From positions 2,170,001 to 2,234,000 of the forward strand of contig JBHGNT010000011.1 in NCBI GenBank assembly GCA_043228905.1: 64,000 nucleotides of DNA, written 5' to 3'. Shown one piece after another: positions 14,901 through 28,522 of this stretch. Positions within the stretch are counted from its first letter, which is position 1, and each line of letters starts with the position of its first letter. A program made the translations under genes and the position numbers. The stretch is from Azolla caroliniana (taxonomy: Eukaryota; Plantae; Polypodiophyta). The notes beneath the pieces were generated by a model. The model did not search any database. It saw nothing but the letters and a program-made list of their open reading frames with translations, and was not told where the DNA came from.

Positions 14901-15885
14901 AGATTATGACATAGGCAAACACCTATCTGATCTTCATTGAGAAAGGGATAGACAGATCCAACAATAAGAACAGCTTTTACTACCCTCAAAGAGAATAATG
15001 ACATGATATGCACGACTTCCACTCTTCAAGCCTTTTGAGTTTCAGTTTCAGTTTCACTACCAGTATTCCCATATCCTTACATCAGATATCAAGAGTACGA
15101 AGTGATCTTGACATGAGAAAAGCAAACCACTCATGCTCTAATGTGCTATCGAGATGTTGATATCACAGCCAGACGTACACCATTGTCAGTTTCTCTCCAG
15201 ATCTCTCTGTACCATCCATTGATGATCAGAAAATGCATTCGCCAGACTAAAGGGACCGGTACAAGATACATTACAAAATAGGGTTAGTTGGGATGATTTA
15301 GAACAATGATTGTACTCCTATATTATATCACTGCATTAATTTGACATCTCCAAGTTAGTATTTGTCACCCTCTTACTACGTTTCTTTGCAGTTTCAATTA
15401 TAGGTGATGGAGTTTTTGATGAGATATTATCATATGATATCATGTTCGTAGCACTTTTGGGTCTCATATTCCTCTTTGGCCATTTTTGGATCTCAGAGAC
15501 CTCTTTTACATTCACCCAAGACCAACTTCATAGCCTTTCATGGGATTACCAAGAGCCAATAAACAAGCTTATCTTTTTATGATCAATAAGTATAAACCGC
15601 CAACAAAAATCTCATGAAATATGCTAGGCTTTTCAGCTTGACTTTATACTTTGACCTAAAGCCTAATTTTACAAAGTAATCTCATAGCTTGACCACATCA
15701 ATTGACCTTATAATACAACACTATATGCATACATAAGGATTGTACTCATTTAATGATAAGCAGTTTTTACCTGCACAACCCATGTATGCTCCGGCCGCGC
15801 TTATTCCTCTCCGGCTCATTGGAGTGCTTCTGATACCATCGTCTTTTTTAAGTGAGATAGGAAGATTTCCATTTGACTTATCCAT
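11913..15885 (-). CDS. UGNT1: Nucleotide-sugar transporter (UGNT1/UTR7-like, TPT/SLC35D family), ~331 aa. Exons 15885-15771, 14730-14654, 14558-14403, 14303-14170, 13116-12986, 12901-12857, 12710-12613, 12523-12416, 12136-12080, 11987-11913
   Basis: MSRRGISAAGAYMGCAVLLVMFNKAALSSYGFP, SIRGVNVPMYTTLRRTTV, GLNSFGLMWCNG, FLNTTLNSPLTQTICGNLKD, C-terminal CKLKGK. All introns are GT-AG and the exons sum to 996 nt in frame. The symbol is by family resemblance, not tested orthology. Confidence 0.88.
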
Positions 15886-16349
15886 TACTTAGAAGAACTT
15901 TGATGACCTTTCCCTTTGAAGGCCAAAATCACTATCTCATAGAGAAATTTGCCCACAAAACAAACCAAATTCCTTCAAAACGATTACTTATCCATCTCTG
16001 ACTCTCTCTTTTTGTGTGTGCGTATTTTGCTTCTAGGATATGCATACATCCACGGCTGTGTAATTATGAATCCTTGCTATTGGGGCTTCTCCATGGATCC
16101 TGAGGTGTTCTATTTGGATTGCAGAGCTCCTTTAGGCCTAGAGTTTTTCTCAGAGGTCTCCGAGAGGAATGGAAAAAGTAGGGCTAACAGAGGTATAGAT
16201 TGATTCAAAGGATAGATCGAATCGATCTGACCAAATGGCTATATATACATATACATACATACATATATATATATTGTGGGTTTTAACTTTTCACTGTGTG
16301 TGCCAGTGCTTTTCTTGCTTTTTTGTTGTAGACTGTAGTAATTGTAGTT

Positions 16350-16366
16350 CCTTCTTCTTCTTCTTC

Positions 16367-16397
<31 letters not shown>
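16350..16397. repeat. (CTT)n microsatellite in the probable 5' UTR/leader region of the transporter
   Basis: Seen directly in the sequence. Confidence 0.85.
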
Positions 16398-16398
<1 letters not shown>

Positions 16399-19289
16399 TT
16401 GGGTCCCTTTAGACACTAGAGAAAACTCTCTCTGGTCAGACCATCACACTCTTGTTGTGCCGATACATCGACAACATGTTGATTCTTCGCGAGACGGATC
16501 GCAACAAATACCTTCTCACGGTCTTTGTGATGAGATGGGTTGTTTGCGGTGGCTTCACTTCCGCTCTCGGAACCGAGAAGAAAGAGGCAGAATGCATCGT
16601 GAAAGAGATTTATAACCATTGGGGGTAGAGCCTAGGTGATGGCACGTCGACAGACCCAAGTATTGTCCCAAGAAGGATTTGTGTCTTTGCGCTCTTCGAC
16701 AAACCAAGTGTACTGCTACATTCGCCTGCCACGCTTGAACAAATAATTGATGAGTGTGTTGCCTTAGATATAAGTCAAGAAGATAATTATCAAAACGGCT
16801 AAAGTTTGATTGGATTGATCAACTCGAAAATGGGTGATGCCGCTAGCTTGACAAGGGAGAAAGCGATGTGGATGCTTCGACGAGCCTCAAACGATTGGTT
16901 AGAGGTGAGGGGTAGATGCGTGTTCTAAGGACTACTAGATGTTTGAAGTGTTAGGGTTTTTTGTAAGTCTTTTGATCACAGTGGGTCATTTTTTGAGTCT
17001 TATGTGCCCCTTTACAGAATGTGTGGATGTTGATATATATTTTCTATATTTTCACCATAATGTGGATGCATGCACATTTGGTTTACCTGTAATAACTTTG
17101 AAAGTGAAGTTGCCAATAAAGTTTGTAGTTATTGATCATAGATTTACCATAGAGATTTGTCACGTTCTCTAAATAATTGTATGCTTGAATCATGTTGAAA
17201 TGAGTTTGTGAATTATATACATTTGATTGAAGTACCTTTGAATTGTATGCATATTTAGTTCCAAGACATTGCCCCATGCGAGGCTCTAATACCATTTTTC
17301 GACTTCAAGATCTATAGGATTGCTCCAAATCAATAATTTCATCATGACAATAAACAACTCTCACGTTTTGTTGTATATATTCCATTAAAAATATCGAGGG
17401 TTCTTTGAGATGTCATTTGAGATCTTCAGTCAATATTGATTATCTAAAACAACTATGTTCATCCTACATGAAGAGCTAGAGATTTTCAAAACCCAATATG
17501 TTTCTTTATGACGCTTGAGAAATTCAACTTCTCCTAGAGCCTTAACTCATTCATTTAGATAAGAAAATGAGAGAGAGAGAGATTTCATTGAAGACCTTTT
17601 CCATACAATGTTTTTGGTTTTCTTCCTACAAACCCAATCTTTAAAGGTTACTTATCTTTCATTAGCTACCCATGCGTTTTCGGTTGTGTACAGTTAGTTC
17701 TTTAATTCATCTATATGTTGCACAAATAGGTTAAAAGGAATTACAACACTGATTCAAAACAAAGCAAACACATTGGGGCATGCTTCAATATTTTGTAAAC
17801 ATGGTTGACTTTTTGTTTCTACATCCAAATCAATTCTTAAATCGAAGTATCTCATCTCGAGAAAGTATATTTCCTGTGCAATGTTGGGATTTCATGTGCA
17901 ACCTACAAAATAATGGGTCATGTAGTTTAAAAACATGGAAGTCCTAGTGGAATGACCAAACTTCTAACTTGGTTGTCCTTTGACTTTCAAAAAATTGTAT
18001 TAAATTGTCCAAAAGCACAGCTGTAGCTTGTAAGATATTTTCATAAAGCCACATAATATTATAAAATAGGTCCATGTCCTTTTTTTTTGGATATTGTTGG
18101 ATCGCCTCCTTTTTAGGCAAGTCTATGGTTTTTTGGCACTCTAATCTTATGTTGGTAGTTTCAGGCCAAGAAACGGGAACATTTGTAGTCCGACTAATTC
18201 AATTCTACCTTGGTGGTGAGGCAAGAACAAGCAAGTTTTTTTAGTTCCTTGTTTGTACTCGTACATATGTTGTGATTATTTTAGAGTTGTAGGCTTTTAT
18301 TGTCTAGTAAGAAACCACCAAACTCTTGTACAATTTGTTGGTACCACCATAGGGAGTTTTATTGATCCCCAAAGCATTTCTTGAGGTGGGCTTCCTATTC
18401 ATATGTTTTCATTAGTTATTCACTCCATACTTGGCTACCTAGGATTTGTATAGTTTGTCATCATAAAAACAAACATCATATTTATGCAAAACCCCCATAA
18501 CATAAGATAACAATGATGTAATTTGTAGCCAAAAAAAATATTTAACTACATAAACCACAAATATATTATAAAAAAGATGATTCGCCTATGCATATCTCAT
18601 GATATTTTCATTTATCAACATTATATTGTTGTCAATGATCCAAAATTTAATATTCTTCATATCCTTCGAAGGTTCAAAACATTCACCCCACATAAGCTCT
18701 TCAAAGATGTTATAGTTTCATGTAATAAATGCCTACATACATCAATAAACTTACAATTTAAGAGGGTTAGATTCAAATTTTGTTTTTCATCTAAGAAAAC
18801 ACTATTGTAGTTCTACAAATTGGTTTTGTCATTCTATTGATAGATTACAACACCTCTTATCCTTAAAAAGTGATTAGTTAGTTTGAAAGAAAATATGAAT
18901 CCAATAGTGAAGTAGAGAGAACACATTATGAAAGATATATTCCCATAATTAATATTGTCATTTAAGGATAAATTAGGATAACTTAACTACAAATTAGAGA
19001 TTAATTATTGTAAAAAATACACAAAACAATGAAATGTCACGACTCATGGCAAAGAAGAACAAAGAAGAAATAAGGTGAATGAGTTGTACATGTAGCTTTT
19101 GTATCGTAAGAGAGGACATCTATCATGTCATTGAATGGAAGCTCTCTTGTGTTGAGTGGAGGTATTCTTCCTTCCTTTGTTTCTTCTTTATTTTGAAGTT
19201 GTATCAAGTACTTTATCTCTATAAAAAGTTACGTATGTGGAAGCTTTCACAAACAGACATAGTCGGCTCCACTGGCCACCTACAGACAG

Positions 19290-20134
19290 TTAGGTATACA
19301 TAGAGAATATGGTGTGGGGGGGGGGGGGGGGGGGGGGGCAGAAAACAACAAAAAACAATATTCAAAATAATGCCGCTTTGTACATACAATGTGCTTAGTG
19401 AGCACTTTTTATGCAAGCCTTGACAACGAGCTGGCACATACTTGAATGCTCATAAAGGGGCACTATCTGAACATAATATTCCTAATACTATGTTCGACCC
19501 TAATAGCTCTCCCGGCCGACCCGGTTGTCGGCTTCTTCGGCCGATCTAGCCTACTAGCCTTTAGCCGTTCGGCTCATGTTGAGCTTGTCTCTCAACACTC
19601 CCCCTCAAGCTCAACTTGAGGTTCCTCTTTCTGCTCTATGGTTCTTCGCCTCAACTCCTTCTACCAACTTCTCTCCTGGCTCGCGCTCCTCGGCCCATCC
19701 GATCGGCTTGTCTGCTCCCAAGGCCCTCGATGGCCTTCTCCTTGTCCTCACAAATTTGGCGAGCCCCTCAACCTGTCGGCTCTTTCGTATCGGCATTGGC
19801 TTCGACTTCCCTCTCATCAGCTTGGCCATCATATGATTTGAGTCGTCCAAATCATTTCACTCGACCGAATCAACTGCCTCCGATTCGTCTTCAAAACGAC
19901 TTTTGGCTATCTCAGCCCAAGTTTTTCTGGATCTCTTCTCACAGGTTCGGCTAGCTTTGGCTCGTTTGTTCTGCTCCCCCTAAGATCGGTTGGGCTTTCC
20001 TTAATCAATTTTCTTCCAATTGTTCAAGCATTCTCTTGTTCGATTCAACTTCCTCAATCGATTCGACTGTCTCGTCGAGTCTCCTCTCGACTGTCCTGGA
20101 GACTCTCCCCCTCAAGTTTGACAAGTCAAGGAGC
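19290..20134 (-). mobile_element. 3' end of a copia element: 3' LTR ending at 19597 (left edge uncertain), PPT, ~500-bp spacer, second PPT and pol terminus
   Basis: GTTGAGCTTGTCTCTCAACA-CTCCCCCTCAAG at 19578-19609 matches the LTR/PPT junctions at 38215-38242 and 59655-59686. 20104-20130 matches the pol end at ~60535-60563. Confidence 0.7.
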
Positions 20135-21560
20135 CGTCATGAACTCTTGACCTTCTGTATTATAATCAATCGATATGTTTTAACCAACACATCCAATACA
20201 TGGTCATGTTACCTTAGTAGATCATAGTAGATTATCTATTCTAAGTGTAGGAGATTTTAGAAGCTTCCAAAAAGCTCCAGAAGATCCAGAAGCTAAAACA
20301 TTCTAGAAACTTGTGCATGAAAATGAGTCTCTTCATGGAACTACATTTAGAGCCCACAAACATGTATAAATACAAGGGTTCATCTTGGCCTTAGTCAAGG
20401 TGACCAACATCAGTTACGGAAGCATAATTCAGTTCTTGTTCTCTTGTCTATTTTCTCTCACACTCTCTCTCTTAGTATTGAGCCTCGCCTATGCGTCCGT
20501 GACAGTTTGTTCACCTTCCATCTCCAAAGCCTCATAATGTCAGATTCTACCAAGAGCATAAATCAACTATTGGTTGCCATGCATCAACTTCAACTTGAAA
20601 ATGAGAATATTCGGGAATATCTCCAGAAACTTCAAGCTAGGACTCTAATGGAACTGGAGAATGAAGAAACCAAGTCCCCTCCTACATCAAGGAATCTCTG
20701 ATCTGTAGAGCATGATCCCTCGTCTATCCTTGCTCCAATTCCTCTTCACCTCAGTTCAACTATAGAACCCAATGTCAGTTTATCTGACAAGTTCGATGGC
20801 ACAAGGGCGTGATTCCGGGGGTTCATAAATCAGATCAAGCTTATTATCTAGCTACAAACCCAAAGATATGCGGATGATTTTTGTTGAGTTGGCCTTGTTG
20901 GGACCCTTCTCTCGAGAGCTGGACAAAGCTGATTCACGCCTTTGGTCGAAACATCATCGCCATTTCTCGACAATTTTCTTGTTTTCCTAGAAGAGTTCGA
21001 GGCAACATTTGGGGATACAGATCAACCTCGAACAAGTCTTACCAAACTCTATTCATTACATCAAGGTAAGCGTCCAATGTCCGTTTATGCATCTGAATTT
21101 AGACAATTGGCATGTGATGTTCAATGGGACGATCAAGCCCTTTGCGACCATTTTTGTCGGGTCCTTCGAAGTGATGTTAAGAATCTAGAACTAAACTTTC
21201 TAGAGCCGACTTCATTATCACAAGCCATCAAGCAAGCAGTTGGTTGTGACAACCGCCTTTTTGAACTTCGTCAAGAGGAACGAGCGACTTCCAAGTTGTC
21301 GCCCTTTCTCCACATTAAACCTATGGTACAATCCACATTAAACCTATGGAACAACGAGATCTTCTCCAACGACATCATTTAATGATCCTATGCCGATGGA
21401 AATTGATCGAGCTCGAGCCCCACTCACCACAACCAAACGACACTATCGACGAACCAATGGGCTATATGTCTATACTGTGGCGCCTCTACCCATCTAATTC
21501 GTTTTTTCCCACTAAAAAACAATCTGCGACAAGTCTATCTGAACAATCCAACTAGTGGGT
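20135..21560 (+). mobile_element. Truncated Tcn1-like (fungal-type) chromovirus: 5' LTR ~20135-20504 plus degenerate gag from 20538
   Basis: LTR ends CGTGACA. Gag motifs are DKFDGTR..FRGFINQ, FLEEFEATFGD, LHQGKRPMSVYASEFRQLACDVQWDDQAL, PMEID and a C-x-x-C knuckle start. The lineage call is from motif recognition. Confidence 0.75.
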
Positions 21561-21574
21561 CCCGACATTCGGAA

Positions 21575-24500
21575 TGATGGAATGAATGTGCGGAAGTAAT
21601 TAAGGACCCATAGGTTATGTGTTCCGCAAACAACACAGAGAATACGACAGAAGAAAAGATGGAAACGTAGACTGTACATTTTCAACTCTAATGGAAGCTT
21701 TTGTTATTCATTGTTCTCTCTCTCTCAGAGACTCAGGATACAAGACGATACTTTTTACAACATTAGGTTATTACATATATCCTAACTCTTTAGACGGGTT
21801 CACACTATGATACAAAGTGGAAGGAGTTGGGCTTTTATGCCAACAAACTCCTCCGTAAAAGGACTACTCTTTCCTACATGTACTAGTGATTGGGGTTATC
21901 TTCCCCGTAAACCTAGATTACAAAATTAATCTAAATTTATATTACAAGTCGGTTGGCATAAAGCTGAGTTGGCATCCTAATTTGGCGGAGCTCAAGGTTC
22001 GGCTGGTTTGAGTCGGTCGAATCAACGTGTTTGAATTGTCCTTTGTTTGAATCAGTTCGACTGTCAAAGTTGGCTTGTGTCTAATTCTCGATTTCGGCCT
22101 TCTGTCAATTGTTCGTATCTTGCTCGTTTTTGCTCTTGTGCTCCTCGTTGGATCCTCGATCTGTATCTGAGGTCGTTTGCCTCTCGATCGTTTCCTTTCC
22201 AGTCGGTATCCTCGCTCAGTGCTATTTCTTTAGCCCCTTGTGTTTCCGAACGTGTAGATTTTGCTCTTCTCATGAGTTTGTTTGGGTCGGTTTTCGACTT
22301 CCCGTCTGCTCCTCGTTTAGATTTCTTTTGCTTGATCGCTTGTCGTAGTCCCATCTTTGTCCTCAGTGTTGTGAAGCGTTGATCTGGGAGTGGCTTCGTC
22401 AGGCAATCGGCGATGTTCACCTCGGTTTTGATCTTCCGGACTTCAAGCTTCTTTTTGGTTATTAGCTCCCGGATGTGATGATACAACACCTCAATATGTT
22501 TTTTCTTCGCATGATAGATAAGGTTGTTGATGAGGTGTATTGCGCTCTATGAGTCGCAATAGATGGTCGGCACTGGTCGATCAATTTGGCTTGTAACTGA
22601 AAAGTCAACAGTTAGTTGGTGTAGCCAGATTGCCTCCTTCGTTGCCTCTAATGTTGCTATGTACTCGGCCTCTGTGGTGGACAGGGCTGTGCACTCCTGG
22701 ATCTTTGACCTCCATGATATAGCGTCGCTACCGTAGGTGAAGATGTAACTTGATGTCGACTTCCGATTACCCGAATTCCCGATGTAGTCAGAGTCGGTGT
22801 AGCCTTTGACTTCGGTTAGGTTTGCTGATTCAAAAGTCAGATATGCATATTCGGTTCCTTTTAGGTACCTAAAAAAGTGTTTGACGGTCTCCCAATGCTT
22901 CCGTCCTGGATTCGATATGTACTGGTTGACAACCCCCACGACATATGCAAGATCGAGTCTGGTCGCCACCATCGCGTACATGATACTTCCTATTGCAGAT
23001 GTGTAGGGTATCTTTCCATTGAGCTCTCTCTCCTTGTCCATCGAAGGAGAGTCTCTATCCGATAGTTGGATTGATGTTCGAAGCGGTGTTGGTGTTGGCT
23101 TCGCGTGCTCCATGTTGAAGCGCCTCAACACCTTTCAGATGTAGTTGGACTAGGAGAGTCGGGGAGAGTCTTCGTCTTCTGATTTTACTCGATCCTCATG
23201 CCTAGTATGTGTCAGGTTGTCCTAGTTCCTTCATCGCGAACTTGTCGTCGACATATAGGATCAGATAAATGTGGGACTCATCGGCTAGTTGCGGGGTATA
23301 TAAACATGGGTTGAAGTCGGACCGGCTATAACCGAGTTGTCGGATGTAGGAGTTGAAATTCTGGTACCACGTCCTCAACACTTGTTTTAGGCCATATAGG
23401 CTTTTGTTCAATTGACATGTGAGGTGATTTTCCTCCCCCGTCGCCGAGAAGCCTGCCAATTGGGACATGTAAATGTCCTCGTCCAAGTCTCCGTGTAGGA
23501 ATGCCATCTTTACGTCGAGTTGCTCAAGCTCGAGGTCCTTTGTCGCCACGACCCCGAGTAGGAGTCGAAGGGTGGTCATCTTGACTACTAGAGAAAATAT
23601 CTCGTCATAATCGACCCCATGTTCCTATTCGAATCCCTTCTCGATGAGCCGAGCTTTGCATTTGGGCTTCTCTGAGTCAGATACATATTTGCATCGGAAT
23701 ACCCTTTTGTAAGGTAGCTGCTTCCTTTTGGTTGGTAGTTCAGCCATCTCCCATGTATTGTTCTATTTGATCGAGTGCTATAGCTTCTTAGTATGTGCTT
23801 GGTTCACCTGCATTCGTGTAGTTGATGTAGTCGAGCCCTGGTTGATAGAACTCTGTCGACCTGCGATTTCATTCAGATCTCCTGACTACCGTAATGATTG
23901 GTTTGGATCCTTTGATTGTCTCTGTTGGGCGACCGACATTTGTTGAACCACTTATGTCAGGAGACCTTGAGTTCGACTAGTGAACCTCCTACGGATTCGG
24001 AGTCGGCAGGTCTATTGTTGGCTTGGTCAAGTTTGACTGTTTGTCAAATCTCCAATTCAGCCCGGTGGGTCGGTCGTTCTACGACTTCTTTGTCGATTTC
24101 AAAAGAGACCTTTTTGCCGACTAATTTATGCTAGTTCCACTTAGAGAGGATAGAGTCTTCATTCAAGACTACATCATAGCTTCAGATCAATTTCCGATTC
24201 TCCAGGTCCCATAGGTGATAGCTGAAATCCCCATCGGTTCCATAACCGAGAAATATGCATTTTGTTGCATGTGGTGCCAACTTGGTCCTTTTCTCCCTGG
24301 GGATAAATGCATAAGCTTCGCATCCGAAAATTTGAAGCCTTTCGTAGGTCGGTTGTTTGCCTGACCATAGTGCCTATGTCATTTCGAGTTTGACTGCTTT
24401 CGACGGTGATAGATTTATCAAATATACTGTTGTCTACAATGCTTCAAGCAAGAACTCCAGCTTTAGTCCGACTTGCTGGAGCATTTTCATCACTCTCTCT

Positions 24501-27500
24501 TGGATTGTTCGGTTGATCCGTTCTACCACTCCATGTTGCATGGGTGTGTAAGGAACGGTCTTTTGATGCCGGATCCCTTTGTCGGACAGGTACTGCTTGA
24601 AGGCTCGGAAGGTATATTTTCCTCCGTTGTCGAAACGGAGTGACATCTTCACTCTGTGTCTCGACTGGTTCTCCGCTTCGATTAACCATCTTTCGACCTA
24701 ATTGAATAGGCCCAGACCTTCCGTGTAGAATCATCGACGAACGTGATGAAGTACCAGGAGCCACCTAGAGATCTTTTGGGCATCGACCCACATATATATG
24801 TGTGCATGAACTCTAGGGGCTGACATACCGTTTCATAATGAAGAGAGTGTGGACTGCGGGTCTGTTTCCTGTATCGACAATGCTCACAGAAGTCCATCTT
24901 TGCTTGAAGTTTCGGAATGTCGTCGACCGCCATCAACCGATCTACGCTGGCTTGAGACATATGGCCGAGTCGGCCATACCATAGGTTTGCGTCGAGCTTG
25001 ATCACCATCATTGGATACAAGTTTTTGTATTTGTGTCCACTTCCGATTCTTCGATTTCCTCGGCTGATCATCCATGCCGACTCATTTAGTGTCACGGACA
25101 CACTAACCGCTAACTCGGACGAAGCACAGATGACAAGGCTATGATGAACTTAAAGACGCTAGCCTGAATGACATTAGCGAATGAAGACAAAGATGAAGAA
25201 CGATACAAGATGGAATTGAACAAGAATACTAGATTGATGTGTCAATGTCTGGTGGTTGAATCCCTTGAAAGGGACCAAGGAGATTACAATTATTTATACT
25301 GTGAGTCGAAGTACATGCATTAGAATATTTGGGAGAATATTCTAGAACCCTCTAGAACCTTCTAGTTCTAGAACTTTCTAAAAACTCATAGAACTTGAAA
25401 TAGATAATTGACTAATAATGTACTAAGATATAAATAACATGACCATATATCTGGATGTGTTGGTTAGAACACAACACTAGACTATATACAAGAGGTCAAG
25501 AGTTCAAATCTTTTTGTCATGTCTGTGACAATTAGAGTCGTTCGATACCCGTCTTCGGCTAACATGCCGATGGAGACTAGACTCCTTTTCAAATTGGGTA
25601 CGTGCCGAACTTAGTGCAGGGTGATCATGTTGCCATTTGGCTGTCGGATGGGGACCTCACCGATCCCTATGATTACGCACTCCTGCCCATTTCTGAGTCG
25701 AACTGTGCTGTTGGTGATGGCCGGATAGTTCAAAAACCATTCAATGTTCGGGGCTGCGTGAAATGTGGCGCCAGAGTCCAACAACCATGTGTGCGTGTCT
25801 TGCGCACTATAGAGGACTTCTCCGATCATTGAGTCCTCTAAGGAGAGGATTTCTCCTGATTGGGTGTCAACAACATTGACTTGGTTGCCGGCTGGAGAGT
25901 GATTCGAGTCGAATCGTCCTCGATTCCGTCTAGATCTCCGACCACTCTCTTTCCTCTTGATCGACTAGTAGTCGGAAACATTGTGACCGACTTTTCTATA
26001 GTGGGTGCAGAATTCGCCAGATCGACTCGTTCTCGACTTCGACCGTTGTCGGTCCCCCCTCGTTTTTTATCGACTATGATTTCGACCGGTTCTGTTGGCT
26101 TGTTTTCTCAATGGACTCGGTTGAGTGGTGGGTTTCTGTTGATTCGTCGATGGTGAGTCCCATCGATTTTCGCCGAATATCCTCGATGAGGACTTGGCCA
26201 ATCGTCTCATCTAGATTTAGGATAGAACGACTATTGGCAAATGTCGTATAGAATACCTCCCAACTCACCGACAAGCTTGATAGGAGGGCAAGGGCTTTAA
26301 CTTCTTCTTTGAAGTTAATCCCTTGGGAGGTGAGTTCAGATAGCACCTGACTAAAGGTGTTGATGTGGGAGGTAGCAGGATCCGACTCTCTCATCTTCAT
26401 ATTGAATAGTTGCTTGATCAATATGAGTTTTGATAAGGAAGATTTCTTCCTAGAAACAGCTTGAAGTTTCTCCCATAATGAGAATGTCGTTGTTTCCTTT
26501 GCCATGCTAAAATAGAAGTTATGAACCAAGTCCATCCGGATGGTTGAGTCTAATCGAATGGTTGTCCTTGAATCTAATCGAATCGTTGTCCATTATCCTT
26601 TATTTTTATTCACTAGTAGTCGGAAATATTGTGGTCGGCCTTTCTGCAATGTGTGTAGAAGGCATTCGGCTGACTATTCCTCGACTTTGACCACTACCGA
26701 TCATCCCTCCTCTTCAACCAACTAGTACTCCGACCGATTCTTTTGGTTGACTTGGTCGAGTGGTGAGCTTCTACCAAATCATCGATGGTGAGACCCATCG
26801 ATCATCATCGGATGTCTTTCGACGGGATTTGTCCAACCATTTCGTCCAAATTGAGATTCGGATAATTGTTGGCGAACGTCGTACAATAGACTTCGATCAT
26901 CATTGGATGTCTTCCAACAGGATTTGTCCAACCATTTGGTCCAAATAGAGATTCGGACAATTGTTGGCGAACATCGTATAGAAGACTTCCCAACTCGCCG
27001 ATAAACTCGAAAGGAGGGCAATGGCCTTAACTTCTTCTTCGAAGTTAATCACTTGGGAGGAGAGTTTGGACAACACCCGGCTGAAGGTGTTTCTGTGGGA
27101 GGTTTCCGGATCCAACTCTCTCATCGTCATATTGAATAGTTGCCTGATCAATATGAGTTTTGATAAGGAAGATTTCTTCCTAGAAACAACTTGAAGTTTC
27201 TCCCATAATGAGAATGTCGTTGTTTCCTTTGCCATGCTAAAATAGAAGTTATGAACCAAGTCCATCCGGATGGTCAATCATGTTATTTCATCCATCGATC
27301 ATCATTCTTCTGCAGACATCGAAACTGGATTGATGTTGTTCCGGATGACTTTGACCTATCGCCAGATGATTAAGATGTATGCATCATTTATGTCTAGAGT
27401 ACAAAGTTCTTTCTGTCAAACTTCTGAATTTCCATGATTGTGTCAGATTGTGATGCCATCTTCTGGAAAAGAAATTTATGTTGGCCTTGTCTTTTCTTTT

Positions 27501-27859
27501 AGCCATATAGCTTCTCTTTTCAAGTTTATTTTGTCGTTGCCACTAGACTACAAGTCGCTTAGATACCAAATGATGAACATGGAGATATGTTATGCATCAG
27601 AATGATGAGAACCTGTGGTTGGTGTCAAGCAAACAACACAGTAAACTAGATGAGCATATATGTTCACAATAGGCAAGAAACAAGAATCAAGAACAATTGC
27701 ACTCAATTGAAGCTCAAAGGCAGACTTCCTTACTCTCGCCAAAAACTCTCTCACTCTCTGTTACAATGACTTAGTTGGGCTTTATATAGTTAAGCCCTAA
27801 CTAGGTCATGTGTTCACACTAGAGATACAAATGGGTAGAGTCGGCCTTCTATGCCAACA
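21575..27859 (-). mobile_element. Degenerate Ty1/copia element (Tnt1/Tork-like) with gag-PR-IN-RT-RH. LTRs at 27571-27859 and 21575-21845 are related but divergent
   Basis: Reverse iMet PBS GATACCA at 27562-27568. Motifs KLILIKQLFNMKM, WLLDSGATFH, LWYGRLGH, VPYTPMQHGVVER, QLDVKMAFLHGDL, LYVDD, ALSTTEAEY, ADCLTKPL. PPT at ~21846-21858. Confidence 0.92.
25090..25530 (-). mobile_element. Solo LTR related to the Tcn1-like LTR at 20135-20504, inserted between copia PR and IN
   Basis: TGTCAC...GTGACA termini; TSD TTTAG/ATTAG; the reverse complement shares GAACTCTTGACC, AACCAACACATCCA and TGGTCATGTTA with 20141-20209. Confidence 0.85.
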
Positions 27860-28522
27860 TTTGATTGTTGGAAACTTATGAAATCTTATAATTGGTCATG
27901 AGTCAAAACGGCTTACCTTTTGGGGAGGCTCAAATGTTGCGTTGAACATGGAGGTGTCTTTGTACTTCTTGAAGTACATTGTGCTAGGAGAGAGGATCAA
28001 ATTGTTATGAGAGACGAAGGATCTAGAGGATTGAGCTTAAGTTGTAGAAGTGAGTTGCAAACATATAACTAGCGATTTAGTGACATCTCAATTGATAATG
28101 TGTAGATCTCCAACAATAGGAGGTAGAAATCCAAAGGATGTCTAAAGAAGAAAATTTGATCCTTGAACAGAGTAATAAAAGTCTCAGGACCAAGGTGGTT
28201 TACGAAGAACCTTTGAAACAAGAAGTGGAATGTAAATTGCTTAAAGAGCATCATGGTGGACCATGGCTTCCACAAAACACAAGCTGATCATTGTGTTTTT
28301 GTGAAGAAGTATGGTGGAGGAGATTTCCTAATCCTTCTGTTGTATGTTGATGCAATGCTTATTGTCGAACAGGACCTAAAGAAAATTGCAAGTCTGAAAA
28401 AGGTTTTGAGTAAGTCTTTTGCAACAAAAGATATGGGTCCGACAAAGCAAATCATGGGGATGCACATACTCCGGGATAGGACAAACAATATGTTGTCAGT
28501 GGCTATCACAAGAGAAATACGT

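Noticed and set aside
16235-16615. 126-aa Phe-rich ORF
   Set aside because: It is a translation of (CTT)n and (TA/CA)n microsatellites antisense to the transporter leader.
17300-19000. Possible ancient copia RT remnant on the minus strand (HLKK...WYQQ near 18330-18390)
   Set aside because: A single weak motif is not enough to call a feature.
19316-19338. Poly-G run as a G-quadruplex element
   Set aside because: It lies where related LTRs have simple repeats, and homopolymer length is unreliable.
22064-22360. Charged extension after copia RNase H as an env-like ORF
   Set aside because: Low-complexity, no transmembrane segment, short and in frame with pol.
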